Part shown: positions 20,614-30,201 of the stretch, piece by piece
How the letters are laid out: every line of letters starts with the position of its first letter
How positions within the stretch are numbered: the stretch's first letter is position 1
NCBI GenBank assembly: GCA_036510575.1
Contig: DATCDR010000036.1
Coordinates: 54,161-118,160, forward strand
Direction: 5' to 3'
Origin: Acidimicrobiales bacterium
GTDB lineage: Bacteria; Actinomycetota; Acidimicrobiia; Acidimicrobiales; Bog-793
DNA length: 64,000 nucleotides
The notes under the pieces: model-generated
What the model saw: only the letters and a program-made list of their open reading frames with translations
Told to the model about the DNA's origin: nothing
Databases searched by the model: none
Translations under genes and position numbers: made by a program

Positions 20614-22353
20614 CTATCCGCCGATCACGAGTGGCCCTTGTTCGAGGCGCGGACGGACCTTTTGACGCGCGACCACGGCCTGGAGCACGCCTGCGTTCAC
20701 GATTCGATACTTGATGTGAGCCTGCTTCAGCCCTGCGATAAAGATCGGCTCCGTCTCTAGATCTGGCCCGCCGACAATGTGGAATGGTGAGTCAGGCGTA
20801 ATCACGGCGGGGTTGACGAAGATCCACGCCGCTTTCGGGGAGGCCATCGCGGCGGCGTCGATGCCCGGCCATCGATCGAGATCGGATCCGATCCCCGAGG
20901 TGTCGATGACCAGCTTGCCGTCACTTAGGTAGTCGAGCTCATAGGCGACCCAGTAGTCGGCGTAGCCATACTTGATGCCCGCTGACTCAAGCGCGTCAGC
21001 CGCGGCGACTGCCGGTCCATCCGGGTTCACCCAGCTTCGACTAAATGTCGTCAATTCGACCCCGGTGAAATTGTGAAATGTATAGATCGACAGCGCGAGC
21101 CCAACCACGACGACGAGGCTCATCACAACCTCACCTCCGCGGAGCACTCGAGCCCACGACATGCCACGGAGCCGGTACCCGACCTCGTCGATACCGACAG
21201 CGATCGTCAGGGCAAAGAGCGGGCCGAGGTAGACGGCGTACCTACCGTCCGACCAGAACCCCGTACCTGGATTCTCGGAGTAGAGCACGGGGAAAAGGAG
21301 CACGCCAACGGCCAGCGCCGTTGCCCGTCCCCGTTTCCAAAGGCAGATCAGAAAGCTAAAGCCGCCGATCGAGATCGCGAGGACGGCAACGATCCACGAA
21401 AGCGTGGCACTGCTGAACCAAGCGCCCGTATAGGGCTCACGGAGCCCAAGCTGCATCGGCACGACGTAGAGGATGAAGGTATGAAAGTGAAGGTTGAGTT
21501 GCGTCCATATGGTGCCTTCCGCGCCGTTGAACGACGACACGTTCAGCGAAGCGAAATGATCTTTGACGTTGCTCCAGAGCCAGGGAAGCGCGCCGAGGAG
21601 AGCTAGCCCCAGCATCACACTCAGACGAAGCAGCCGGTCGCGGAGCCATCTGCCCTCGCGATTGCTGAGAAAGACCGCGAGGATGAGCAGCCCGGCGATC
21701 GGGTAGAAGTAGGTGATCTCCGGCATCGACCACCATCCGAGACCTACCGCGAACCCGAAGAGCGCGCAGTCAAGAAAGCCGCGCTTTATATGCAGTAGCT
21801 CTGGATAATCGAGCAGCCGAAGCGCCTCTAAGACGGCGACGAGACCACAGGCCATAGCCAGTCCCCGACCCTGGTAGATGCTCGAGGAGAAGATATTGAC
21901 CATAGGTGCGGCAAAGACAACTGCCCCAGCTAGCGCCGCAATTGCTCTCGACCGGACGAGACGAAGTGCGATCCTCCAGACAAGAACCGCTGCTGCTACC
22001 GAGAACAATGTCGGTTCGACGTGGAGCGCGAAGGTGGCGTGGCCGGCAATCGCGACCATGGCAGCAAGCGGATAGAACTCGGCACCGCCGTAGACCTGCC
22101 CGGGGTAGAAGGCCTGGAAGTGGCCGTGCAGGATTCCCTCAGCGAGCATGCCGGCGTTGGCCTCATCCGAACTGCTTGGCTGATGGAACAGCAACCAGAT
22201 CCGAATGACTGCGCCGATCGCGACTGTCACCACAACGAGCGCAGTGATCACGAATCGCCACGAGCCCGTTGCGGTCCTCCGGGCCTGGGAGAGCTCGAGG
22301 CGCGCGCCTACCTGTGGTTCGTCGATCACTTCACTACCAGGGGGATAGGTCAA
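20614..22353 (-). CDS. ArnT/PMT-like GT-C glycosyltransferase (GT39/GT83-type)
   Basis: 579 aa, polytopic. The first loop after TM1 has the acidic motif IRIWLLFHQPSSSDEANAGMLAEGILHGHF, as in polyprenyl-phosphate-sugar-dependent GT-C enzymes. Lies 34 nt downstream of the GT2 gene. Confidence 0.7.
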   Translation of the reverse strand: MTYPPGSEVIDEPQVGARLELSQARRTATGSWRFVITALVVVTVAIGAVIRIWLLFHQPSSSDEANAGMLAEGILHGHFQAFYPGQVYGGAEFYPLAAMVAIAGHATFALHVEPTLFSVAAAVLVWRIALRLVRSRAIAALAGAVVFAAPMVNIFSSSIYQGRGLAMACGLVAVLEALRLLDYPELLHIKRGFLDCALFGFAVGLGWWSMPEITYFYPIAGLLILAVFLSNREGRWLRDRLLRLSVMLGLALLGALPWLWSNVKDHFASLNVSSFNGAEGTIWTQLNLHFHTFILYVVPMQLGLREPYTGAWFSSATLSWIVAVLAISIGGFSFLICLWKRGRATALAVGVLLFPVLYSENPGTGFWSDGRYAVYLGPLFALTIAVGIDEVGYRLRGMSWARVLRGGEVVMSLVVVVGLALSIYTFHNFTGVELTTFSRSWVNPDGPAVAAADALESAGIKYGYADYWVAYELDYLSDGKLVIDTSGIGSDLDRWPGIDAAAMASPKAAWIFVNPAVITPDSPFHIVGGPDLETEPIFIAGLKQAHIKYRIVNAGVLQAVVARQKVRPRLEQGPLVIGG

Positions 22354-22387
22354 GCTGCGGAATCGCCTGTCACATCCGGCCCCGACG

Positions 22388-23086
22388 TCACTGCAGCTTG
22401 GAGAAGCGGAACCTCACCAGCGCGATAAGCGCACCGAAGCCGTCACGCCACGTGATCTTCTTCCCTTCCGACACCTCGCGCCCCGCGTAGGAGATCGGGA
22501 CCTCATAGATGCGATACCCACGACGCAGTACTTTCGCGGTGATCTCCGGTTCAAAGTCGAACTTGTTGGAAACGATGGTGAGCCCATCCAACACGCGTCG
22601 GTCAAAGACCTTGTAACAGGTCTCCACATCCGAAAGCGTCGTTTGGTAGAGAAGATTCGTCACGAGCGACAAGAACCGGTTGCCAAGCCAATGGAGCAGC
22701 AACATGTTCTTCCGCTCCCCGGTAAATCGGCTTCCGTAAACGACCACCGCCCGGTGTCGAAAGAAAGGTGCGAGCAGCTTCGGCCAATCCTCAGGGTCGT
22801 ACTCGAGGTCCGCGTCTTGGATGAGCAGCAGATCGCCGGTCGCCCGCGACAACCCAGTCCGGATTGCGGCGCCCTTCCCACGATTCCTCTCGTGCGTGAC
22901 CACCTGCACCGTCGAGTCGACGAGGACCTTCAGCACTTTCTCTGTGCCGTCGGTGGATCCGTCGTCGACGACGATCACGTCGATGACGAGCCCCACGTCT
23001 ACTGATCGAATTCGTCGCAGGATCTCTGCGACGGTGTTCCGTTCGTTGTACACCGGAACGATCACCGTCAGCGTCTTGTAGTCCAT
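22388..23086 (-). CDS. GT2 polyprenol-phosphate glycosyltransferase (DPM1/ArnC-like, soluble type)
   Basis: From ATG at 23086 (MDYKTLTVIVPVYNERNTVAEIL...VIVVDDGSTDGT...LLIQDADLEYDPED...). The track's longer start (23170) would run into the uxs 3' end. Confidence 0.8.
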   Translation of the reverse strand: MDYKTLTVIVPVYNERNTVAEILRRIRSVDVGLVIDVIVVDDGSTDGTEKVLKVLVDSTVQVVTHERNRGKGAAIRTGLSRATGDLLLIQDADLEYDPEDWPKLLAPFFRHRAVVVYGSRFTGERKNMLLLHWLGNRFLSLVTNLLYQTTLSDVETCYKVFDRRVLDGLTIVSNKFDFEPEITAKVLRRGYRIYEVPISYAGREVSEGKKITWRDGFGALIALVRFRFSKLQ

Positions 23087-23126
23087 ATCCTCGAGAGAGG
23101 CCAATTGCAAACCAGTTCTCCGTTCT

Positions 23127-24056
23127 CTAGACCAACGACGCGAAGTACTCGACCGTACGCGTGAGCCCAACCTTCAGCTCGATCTCCGGCTCCCATCCCA
23201 ATCCGGTGCGGGCGAGGGTGATGTCAGGGCATCGGCGCACAGGGTCCTGCTCGGGAAGCGGCGCGTACGTGATCCCCGAGCCCGAGCCGACGATCTCTTG
23301 GACAACATGGGCGATCTGTAACACCGTGCGCTCGTCGGGATTGCCGAGGTTCACAGGTCCGGTTATCTCGCTATCGAGTAGCGCAATCAGCCCGCGAACC
23401 TCGTCATCGACGTAACAGAGCGACCTTGTTTGTGAGCCGTCCCCGTACACCGTGAGAGGTCGGTCCTCGAGGGCTTGGACGATGAAGTTCGAGACGACCC
23501 TGCCGTCGCCCGGACTGAGCCTCGGGCCATACGTGTTGAAAAGGCGCGCAATAGCCACATCGGTGCCTTTCGCCCGGTGGTAGGCCATCGTCAAAGTCTC
23601 CGCGAATCGCTTGGCCTCGTCGTAGACACTCCGTGGTCCGATCGTGTCGACGTTGCCCCGGTAGTCCTCCCGCTGGGGATGGACGGTCGGGTCCCCGTAG
23701 ATCTCACTCGTCGAGGCCAACAAGTATCGTGCGCCGTCCTCCGAGGCGATGTCGAGAAGCTGGCGCGTCCCGTCACTGCCCGCGGCCATCGTCTCGAGTG
23801 GGTGCAGAAGATAAGCGGGCGGCGAGGCTGGAGAGGCAAAGTTCAGCACTGCATCAAATGGGCGCTCGACGTGAAATGGTCTGCTCACGTCGGCGATCAC
23901 GACGGACATGCGAGGGTCCGCCTCAAGATGCGAGAGGTTCGATCGACGCCCCGTCGAGAGATTGTCCAACGCCACGACCGAGTCGCCGCGTGCTAGAAGT
24001 TGTTCGCAGATGTGAGAGCCGAGGAAACCCGCGCCGCCGGCGACGAGAACCCTCAC
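23127..24056 (-). CDS. uxs: UDP-glucuronate decarboxylase (UDP-xylose synthase)
   Basis: 309 aa, colinear with UXS along its whole length. Motifs: GGAGFLGSH, NFASPASPP, ASTSEIYGDP, YDEAKR, FNTYGPR, DGRVVSNFIVQAL, YGDGSQTRS, PVNLGNP. Confidence 0.9.
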   Translation of the reverse strand: MRVLVAGGAGFLGSHICEQLLARGDSVVALDNLSTGRRSNLSHLEADPRMSVVIADVSRPFHVERPFDAVLNFASPASPPAYLLHPLETMAAGSDGTRQLLDIASEDGARYLLASTSEIYGDPTVHPQREDYRGNVDTIGPRSVYDEAKRFAETLTMAYHRAKGTDVAIARLFNTYGPRLSPGDGRVVSNFIVQALEDRPLTVYGDGSQTRSLCYVDDEVRGLIALLDSEITGPVNLGNPDERTVLQIAHVVQEIVGSGSGITYAPLPEQDPVRRCPDITLARTGLGWEPEIELKVGLTRTVEYFASLV

Positions 24057-25393
24057 GGGCGCCCGATACCGGAGTACGCAAACCCCGCTGCTCGAAGCGC
24101 TATCGGATCCAGCAGGTTCCGAGCATCGACGATCGCAGGAGTCGTCATGAGCTCCCCAACCTTGTCGAAGTCGATGTTCCGGAACTCATCCCACTCAGTC
24201 AAGATGGCGACGACCCGGGCTCCGGCACAGGCGTCGTAGGGGCTCGAGAAGAGCTCAACCCCTTCAAGGTCCTCTGCATTCGAGCCCGTCGCGACGGTCG
24301 GGTCGTACGCTCGAAGCACCGCTCCTTCAGCTCGCAGGCGACGGGCGATGTTGACCGCCGGAGAGTCGCGACGATCGTCGGTGTTGGCCTTGAAGGTCAG
24401 GCCCCAGAGCGCGACGTCAGCTCGCCCGAGCGAGCCACCCGCAGCGATCCGAATCTTTTCCACCACTCGGTTGGCGTGGTCGTCATTTTGGGCAATAACG
24501 GCGCGAAGCACCGCGAAGTCGTAATCGAACGACTCGGCGATTCGGACAAGTGCGGCGGTGTCTTTCGGAAGGCATGATCCGCCCCATCCTGGACCAGGGC
24601 TCAGAAAGTCGAAGCCGATCCGCTTGTCATACCCAAGAGCGATGATGAGATCACGCACGTCGGCGCCTGCTGCATCGCAGAGGGTCGCAATCGAATTAAT
24701 GAAACTCAACTTCGTTGCAAGAAAGGCATTCGCTGCGTACTTGATGGTCTCAGCCGTTATCGGAGAGGTGACGATCAGCGGAGCATTCGTCGAATCGAAG
24801 AGCTCCGCGACGCGCCGGGCAACTAACGGATCATCGACACCGACCACGATCCGATCAGGGTGCAGGCTGTCAGCTACTGCCGAGCCCTCGCGGAGGAACT
24901 CAGGATTCGAGACGACCGTCACGTCGGGACGCTCGAGCATCCCTGCAACCAGCACCGAGGTGCCTGCCGGCACTGTCGACTTGATCACGACCACCGCGTC
25001 ACGAACAAGCAGCGCGCCGATCTCGTCGATCACCACTTTCACCGCCGAAAGGTCGGCAGAGCCGTCGTCGCCTTGCGGCGTGGGGACACAGAGGAAGATG
25101 AAGTCCGCCTCAGGAATCGCATCCACCGCGGAGTTGACGACACGAAGCTTGCCCGAGCCCAATCCAGCCCGGAGCAGCTCTTCGAGATCCCGCTCAACGA
25201 TGGGAGACTTCCCGCTCGAGAGCTGCGCGTAACGAAGGAGATTCGACTCCGCGAGGACGACGGCGTGGCCGAAATGCGCCAACACGGCCGCGGTGACGGC
25301 CCCGACATAGCCAGCTCCAATGACCGCAACTCGCTCGGACCGGCCCACGTGCTCTCCTTCGCTCAGTCGTCTCGACAACCTTACAGTTGGCAT
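24053..25393 (-). CDS. ugd: UDP-glucose 6-dehydrogenase
   Basis: 446 aa. VAVIGAGYVGAVTAAVLA Rossmann motif and GGSCLPKD catalytic-Cys motif. Its stop overlaps the uxs start by 4 nt. Confidence 0.9.
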   Translation of the reverse strand: MPTVRLSRRLSEGEHVGRSERVAVIGAGYVGAVTAAVLAHFGHAVVLAESNLLRYAQLSSGKSPIVERDLEELLRAGLGSGKLRVVNSAVDAIPEADFIFLCVPTPQGDDGSADLSAVKVVIDEIGALLVRDAVVVIKSTVPAGTSVLVAGMLERPDVTVVSNPEFLREGSAVADSLHPDRIVVGVDDPLVARRVAELFDSTNAPLIVTSPITAETIKYAANAFLATKLSFINSIATLCDAAGADVRDLIIALGYDKRIGFDFLSPGPGWGGSCLPKDTAALVRIAESFDYDFAVLRAVIAQNDDHANRVVEKIRIAAGGSLGRADVALWGLTFKANTDDRRDSPAVNIARRLRAEGAVLRAYDPTVATGSNAEDLEGVELFSSPYDACAGARVVAILTEWDEFRNIDFDKVGELMTTPAIVDARNLLDPIALRAAGFAYSGIGRP

Positions 25394-25511
25394 GAGATTC
25401 TCTCGTTGAGCCTCGCCCTGATATTTCCCACGTGTCTAGTGGCGATTCGCTCCAAGGCCTCGGCAATCGTCACACCTGTTCGGTACTGCTCTGTCGGAGA
25501 AACAGGGGCCT

Positions 25512-27203
25512 TTGGCCACTGCCGCGTACGCTTCTCGAGTCAAGTCGCGGTCAGGATGCGGCTGCGGAGGAGGGACGGGCATCAACCGGCGGACGCAGTA
25601 TCTCATCGCCATCGCTCTCGCCATCTTCCCGATCGTGTATGGACTGTTCGGTCTCCATCTCGGCCAGGACATCGGCTTTGACACCTTGAACTATCACTAC
25701 TTCGGTCCGTACTGGCTGCTCACCAACCATCTCCACGACTTTGTACCCGCTCAAGAGCAGACGTACCTCAGTCCCTTGCTAAACGTCCCGACCTATCTCC
25801 TCCAACGCTCGATCTCGGCCCGAGAGGCGTCGTTCCTGATAGCGGCCGCGGAGGGCACGGCTATCGTCCCGCTTTATTTCATTGCCCGGCGGGTCACCTC
25901 GAATCGAGGTGTAGCCCTAGTTGTTGCAGTCCTCGGACTGTTCAGCGCAATCGCCTGGTCAGAGATCGGGACCTCGTTCGGCGACAACTTGGTAGCCATT
26001 CCCTTGATCACCTCGATAGCCCTCGTTGGGCGCTTTCACGCGACGACCGATCGCGACAAGGGGCCTGGCCGGTGGTTGCTTGTCGCTGCGGGTCTGGCGA
26101 GCGGAATAGGCGCGGGACTCAAGCTAGCCGAGGTACCGATCGCGCTTGGCTTCCTCGTCGCAATTCCGTTTCTCGACGACAGCTCTCGCGCACGAATCAC
26201 AGGATCACTGAAGTATCTGGCTGGCGCCATCCTCGGCGCAGGAATCGCCTACGGCTACTGGGCCTACGAGCTGATCTCACGCTTTGGTGGGAATCCCTTC
26301 CTCCCGTTCTTCAACAACATCTTTCACTCGCAGTTCGCCCCGATATCGAAGAACACCGACAACCGATTCCTGCCGCACGGCTTCCTGGAGTTCGTCTTCT
26401 ATCCGATCGTGTGGACCCTGCATCCGCATCACTCCGAAGAGGTGGGCTTTCGTGAACTGACGCTTCCGATCTGCGAGGTACTCCTCTTTCTCGCCGTCGC
26501 GACCAGGCTCTACCGGCTGGCGCGGACCAGGGAGTGGCAGCCGCTCTTCGCCAGTGGACTCGAGCGCTTTATCGTCATCGGATCAGTTGCGAGCATCCTG
26601 ATCTGGGCAGACGTCTTTGGCATCTACCGCTACATCACGGTTATCGAGATGCTCGGGTTCGTCCTGATTTGGATCCTCACGAAATCGGTCCTCGCTGGCC
26701 TCTCCCCTGTCTCGGTCAACATCCGGGCATTCGCCACGGTGATCGTGCTGCTCTTCATCCTCTGCGTCGCGACCGAGCAACCCGCCAACTTCGGGCGGTC
26801 AGGCTTTGCGGCCAAGTACTTCACGGTTTCTGTGCCGAAGCCGCTTCGGAGCGCGAACAACACCTTGTTGATGCTCGGCACAGAGCCCTACGGCTATGTC
26901 ATTCCATTCCTGCCACCGAGCACCGACGTCATACGGCTCCAGGGGAGCTTGGTCCCAACGGAGTACACGAATGCGCTGATCGCGGATCGGTTGAAGCGGG
27001 CGGCGTCCGTCTACATCATCTGGATGAGCGTGCAAAGGCGAGCTCAGTTTCTCCGCGACAATGCCTTCGAGTGGACCAACTTCGGATTTGGACTGGCGAC
27101 CACGTCGTGTTCTGCGTTCAAAACCGAGCGCGGTGACGAACGCGCGTACGTGCGCTACTGCCGGCTCGTGCCCGAGAGCGTCGCACCGGCGGCGCCCAGG
27201 TGA
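25512..27203 (+). CDS. Polytopic membrane protein, GT-C-like, paralog A
   Basis: 563 aa. Shares GQD[IV]x[FY]D[TS]LNYHxY, [ND]VPTYLLQ, GAGLK[LF]A[EQ]xPI and [IY]YRY[IL] motifs with the 28318-30132 product. TTG start, uncertain. Confidence 0.65.
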   Translation: MATAAYASRVKSRSGCGCGGGTGINRRTQYLIAIALAIFPIVYGLFGLHLGQDIGFDTLNYHYFGPYWLLTNHLHDFVPAQEQTYLSPLLNVPTYLLQRSISAREASFLIAAAEGTAIVPLYFIARRVTSNRGVALVVAVLGLFSAIAWSEIGTSFGDNLVAIPLITSIALVGRFHATTDRDKGPGRWLLVAAGLASGIGAGLKLAEVPIALGFLVAIPFLDDSSRARITGSLKYLAGAILGAGIAYGYWAYELISRFGGNPFLPFFNNIFHSQFAPISKNTDNRFLPHGFLEFVFYPIVWTLHPHHSEEVGFRELTLPICEVLLFLAVATRLYRLARTREWQPLFASGLERFIVIGSVASILIWADVFGIYRYITVIEMLGFVLIWILTKSVLAGLSPVSVNIRAFATVIVLLFILCVATEQPANFGRSGFAAKYFTVSVPKPLRSANNTLLMLGTEPYGYVIPFLPPSTDVIRLQGSLVPTEYTNALIADRLKRAASVYIIWMSVQRRAQFLRDNAFEWTNFGFGLATTSCSAFKTERGDERAYVRYCRLVPESVAPAAPR

Positions 27204-27339
27204 CAGCCGAGATCACGCTCACGACTACCACGAATGCTTGGAGTCCGCCAGTAGCATCGGCGCAGTCCAAGGCCGTGCTTTTCGTTTCTCGGGAGATGTT
27301 GCCAGCCGTATTCACCAACTGCAGCGGGAAGGTCGAGGA

Positions 27340-28062
27340 GTGAGCGATAGCGCAGGGGTCTCCGGCGAGCAGGGCCTGCAGACCGACGTACTCGACGAGC
27401 TTACCGCGGCTGTGAATTATCGGAACGTCCTCGCAGGGCTCAGCCTGCCATGGCTCGGCGAGCACGCTGTCGAGATCGGCTCAGGCAACGGCGACTACGC
27501 GAGCTCCTGGGTGGAAAAGGGCCAGCGGCTCACCGTCACCGAGGCGCTTGAATCTCGCCTGTCGACACTGCGAGAGCGATTCGAGGACAATCCGCTGATC
27601 GATGTGGCGGAGATTCGGCTGCCCTCTGAGATGGAGGCTACCTATTCCGCCGCGATCGCCTACAACGTGCTCGAACACATCGAAGACGACGTCGCCGCCC
27701 TGGCCTCGATGCGACGACTCGTCCGCGTCGGTGGCTACGTTGCAGTCATCGTTCCCGCATTCGAAATAGGGATGAGCGATTTCGACCGAAAGATCGGACA
27801 CTTTCGCAGGTACCGGACGAGCATGGTCGCCGAGCGAATGCGAGCTGCCGGTCTCGAACCGGTGTCGGTCCGCTACATCAACTTCGTCGGCCTCGTGATG
27901 TGGGTGCTGCTCGTTAGATGCCTGCACCAACCGCCTCGCAACTCTGCAGCACTGCGCCTCTACGATCGCTTCGTCGTGCCCGTCGTCGCGGCGCTTGAGT
28001 CCAAGGTCAGCTTCCCGTTCGGCCAGTCCGTCTTTGCTGTCGGTCAACGAGTAGGCGACTAG
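27340..28062 (+). CDS. Class I SAM-dependent methyltransferase
   Basis: VEIGSGNGDYASSW motif I, YNVLEHIEDD and VRVGGYVAVIVP. The track ORF (27061) overlaps the preceding gene, so I chose the in-frame GTG at 27340. The start is uncertain. Confidence 0.7.
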   Translation: MSDSAGVSGEQGLQTDVLDELTAAVNYRNVLAGLSLPWLGEHAVEIGSGNGDYASSWVEKGQRLTVTEALESRLSTLRERFEDNPLIDVAEIRLPSEMEATYSAAIAYNVLEHIEDDVAALASMRRLVRVGGYVAVIVPAFEIGMSDFDRKIGHFRRYRTSMVAERMRAAGLEPVSVRYINFVGLVMWVLLVRCLHQPPRNSAALRLYDRFVVPVVAALESKVSFPFGQSVFAVGQRVGD

Positions 28063-28317
28063 GGCGAAGTGCCTGGTGAAGCAGTCTGACGCCTCAGCTC
28101 ACCCGTGCTGGTTGAGTAAGCTCACCAGCCGAGGATGCGACGAATGCCATTGCGCGAGGACCCGGCCGATCAAGCTCGCCCGAAATGACCGACGTGGGAG
28201 AGATGACCTTTCTGGCTCGTAGGCCATGGTTGGCGCAGCCGCGATCTCAGGTGAGTGGTCTCTTCTCTCGACTCACCATGATCTCGTCGACAGGGTTGAC
28301 CCACACCTCGATCAACA

Positions 28318-30132
28318 TTGGCTAAGGCCTTTCGCATCACTAAAGACGGTGCGCTCGCGGAGTGGACTCGCACCGCTACCTGGGTCTGTTACTACCTGGC
28401 GATGATCGGGCTACCCATCGGCTGCGGGCTAAAGGCCGTAGCCATCGGCCAGGACGTCAATTACGACTCGCTGAATTACCACATCTATGACGCCTGGGCC
28501 TTCTTGAACGGCAGAACTTTCTCCGACTTGTTCCCTGCCGGCTCACAGACCCTCATCGACCCACTCATCGACGTGCCGACCTATCTGCTCCAGGCACACG
28601 CTTCGCCCCACGTCGCGGCCTTCACGATCGGCTTCGAGCAGGGTCTCGGTCCCGTTCTCACGATGGTCATCGTCTGTCGAATGCTGAAATCGCCGATACT
28701 GGCCGTGCTCGCCGGGCTAACCGCTGCCATCGCTGGTGGATTCGCCTCCGAACTCGGCAACGACATGGGTGACTCACTTCTGGCCCCGGTCTTCGCGCTC
28801 GCCGTGCTCTTTGCCTTCAATGCCATCCGCAGCACTCACTCGCCAGCCCATGTCGCAAGCGGGGCGAAACAGCGCTGGAGGCGCACCTGGCAACGGCTGA
28901 GACCTGAGTATCGGTGGTGGCTCGCCAGTGGGCTCGCTGCGGGAGCAGGTGGTGGCCTCAAGTTCGCACAGCTTCCGATAACAATCGGCGTCATCATCGG
29001 AGCTGCAGTCGTTGTCGGCTCCGTTCGGCTTCGCGTGTCGCGGCTCCTCTTTAGCAGTCTTGGCGGGCTCGTCGGCCTCGCGTTGACCGCCGGGCAGTGG
29101 ACCATCGAACTCTGGCAGCACTACGGAGACCCATTCGCGTTCATCGGTGGACCACTCGCCGGTTTCGCGGACCCCTACTTCGTCCAGGCAGCACCCACTG
29201 CAGCGGGAGCGGGGGGTCCGCTTCCTTTCCGAGTCGTCCAGACGCTCTGGTCGCCGGTGACGGCGTTCTTCCGCCCATTGGAGTTCTCCGAGCTTCCCGT
29301 GAAAGAGGCATCGCTCGCGGTCGCGACAGCGATGCTTTTTCTACTGGTGATCGTTGCGGTCATCACAGCTGTAGCCCTCGTCGTGCGGCGCGGGCGACCC
29401 CGACGGGGCAACTCTCGAAGCGTTGCGGCCACCGCCGTTGATGGCGCAACCGCTGACTTTGACTGGCTGATGATCTGCGTGCTCGTCGTGAGCGTGCTGA
29501 TCTGGGCCCATTATCTCGACATCTACCGGTACCTGATCCCACTCGAGGTCCTCGCCCCGGTCCTCGTCATCGCCCTCTTCCGACGCTTCACCGCTTTCGT
29601 CCGCTCGCCTCGACAACGAGCGCTGCTTCTGTCGCGAGCCCTCCCGATCTTTTTCATCGTTGTCAGCGTCTTCTCGATCGTGACCTCGGCGCCGTCTGGC
29701 TACTGGGACCGTGCACCATTTGGCGCGACATGGTCGTCGCTCACGACTCCGAAGATGCTGCAGAACGGCAAGACCAACATCCTCGTAGGGTTGAGCTCGC
29801 CGGGGTCACCATCGGCGTTCATGTTGACGCTGCTGAAGGGTCACTTCATCGCCGTCGGCGGATTATCGGGCGAGAGCTCTACCGACATGTTGACGCCGAC
29901 CACGATCAAGCTGGTCGACGCGACCTTCACCAAGGTTCGAAAAGACGGCGGCAGCGTCATCGGCTACTGGCGAAACGCTCCAACCGCCGAAGGCGCACTC
30001 AACCTCGTGAATGCAATAGATCCTTACAAAGAGCGGATGGGAACCTGTGTCAGTGAGTACATGACCGTCGCTTCCTACCTCCAGATCGTCACCTTCTGCC
30101 AATTCGTCCCGGCACAGGCGAGTAAGCGGTAG
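28318..30132 (+). CDS. Polytopic membrane protein, GT-C-like, paralog B
   Basis: 604 aa. Has the same motif set as 25512-27203 (see above), a central Arg-rich cytoplasmic loop and a C-terminal soluble domain. Confidence 0.65.
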   Translation: MAKAFRITKDGALAEWTRTATWVCYYLAMIGLPIGCGLKAVAIGQDVNYDSLNYHIYDAWAFLNGRTFSDLFPAGSQTLIDPLIDVPTYLLQAHASPHVAAFTIGFEQGLGPVLTMVIVCRMLKSPILAVLAGLTAAIAGGFASELGNDMGDSLLAPVFALAVLFAFNAIRSTHSPAHVASGAKQRWRRTWQRLRPEYRWWLASGLAAGAGGGLKFAQLPITIGVIIGAAVVVGSVRLRVSRLLFSSLGGLVGLALTAGQWTIELWQHYGDPFAFIGGPLAGFADPYFVQAAPTAAGAGGPLPFRVVQTLWSPVTAFFRPLEFSELPVKEASLAVATAMLFLLVIVAVITAVALVVRRGRPRRGNSRSVAATAVDGATADFDWLMICVLVVSVLIWAHYLDIYRYLIPLEVLAPVLVIALFRRFTAFVRSPRQRALLLSRALPIFFIVVSVFSIVTSAPSGYWDRAPFGATWSSLTTPKMLQNGKTNILVGLSSPGSPSAFMLTLLKGHFIAVGGLSGESSTDMLTPTTIKLVDATFTKVRKDGGSVIGYWRNAPTAEGALNLVNAIDPYKERMGTCVSEYMTVASYLQIVTFCQFVPAQASKR

Positions 30133-30201
30133 CCATCGAACTACGCCGTACGTCGGTCGTGACAACGGGCCAGCGCTCGAGCGCCATAGAACCAGCGGAA
30201 C

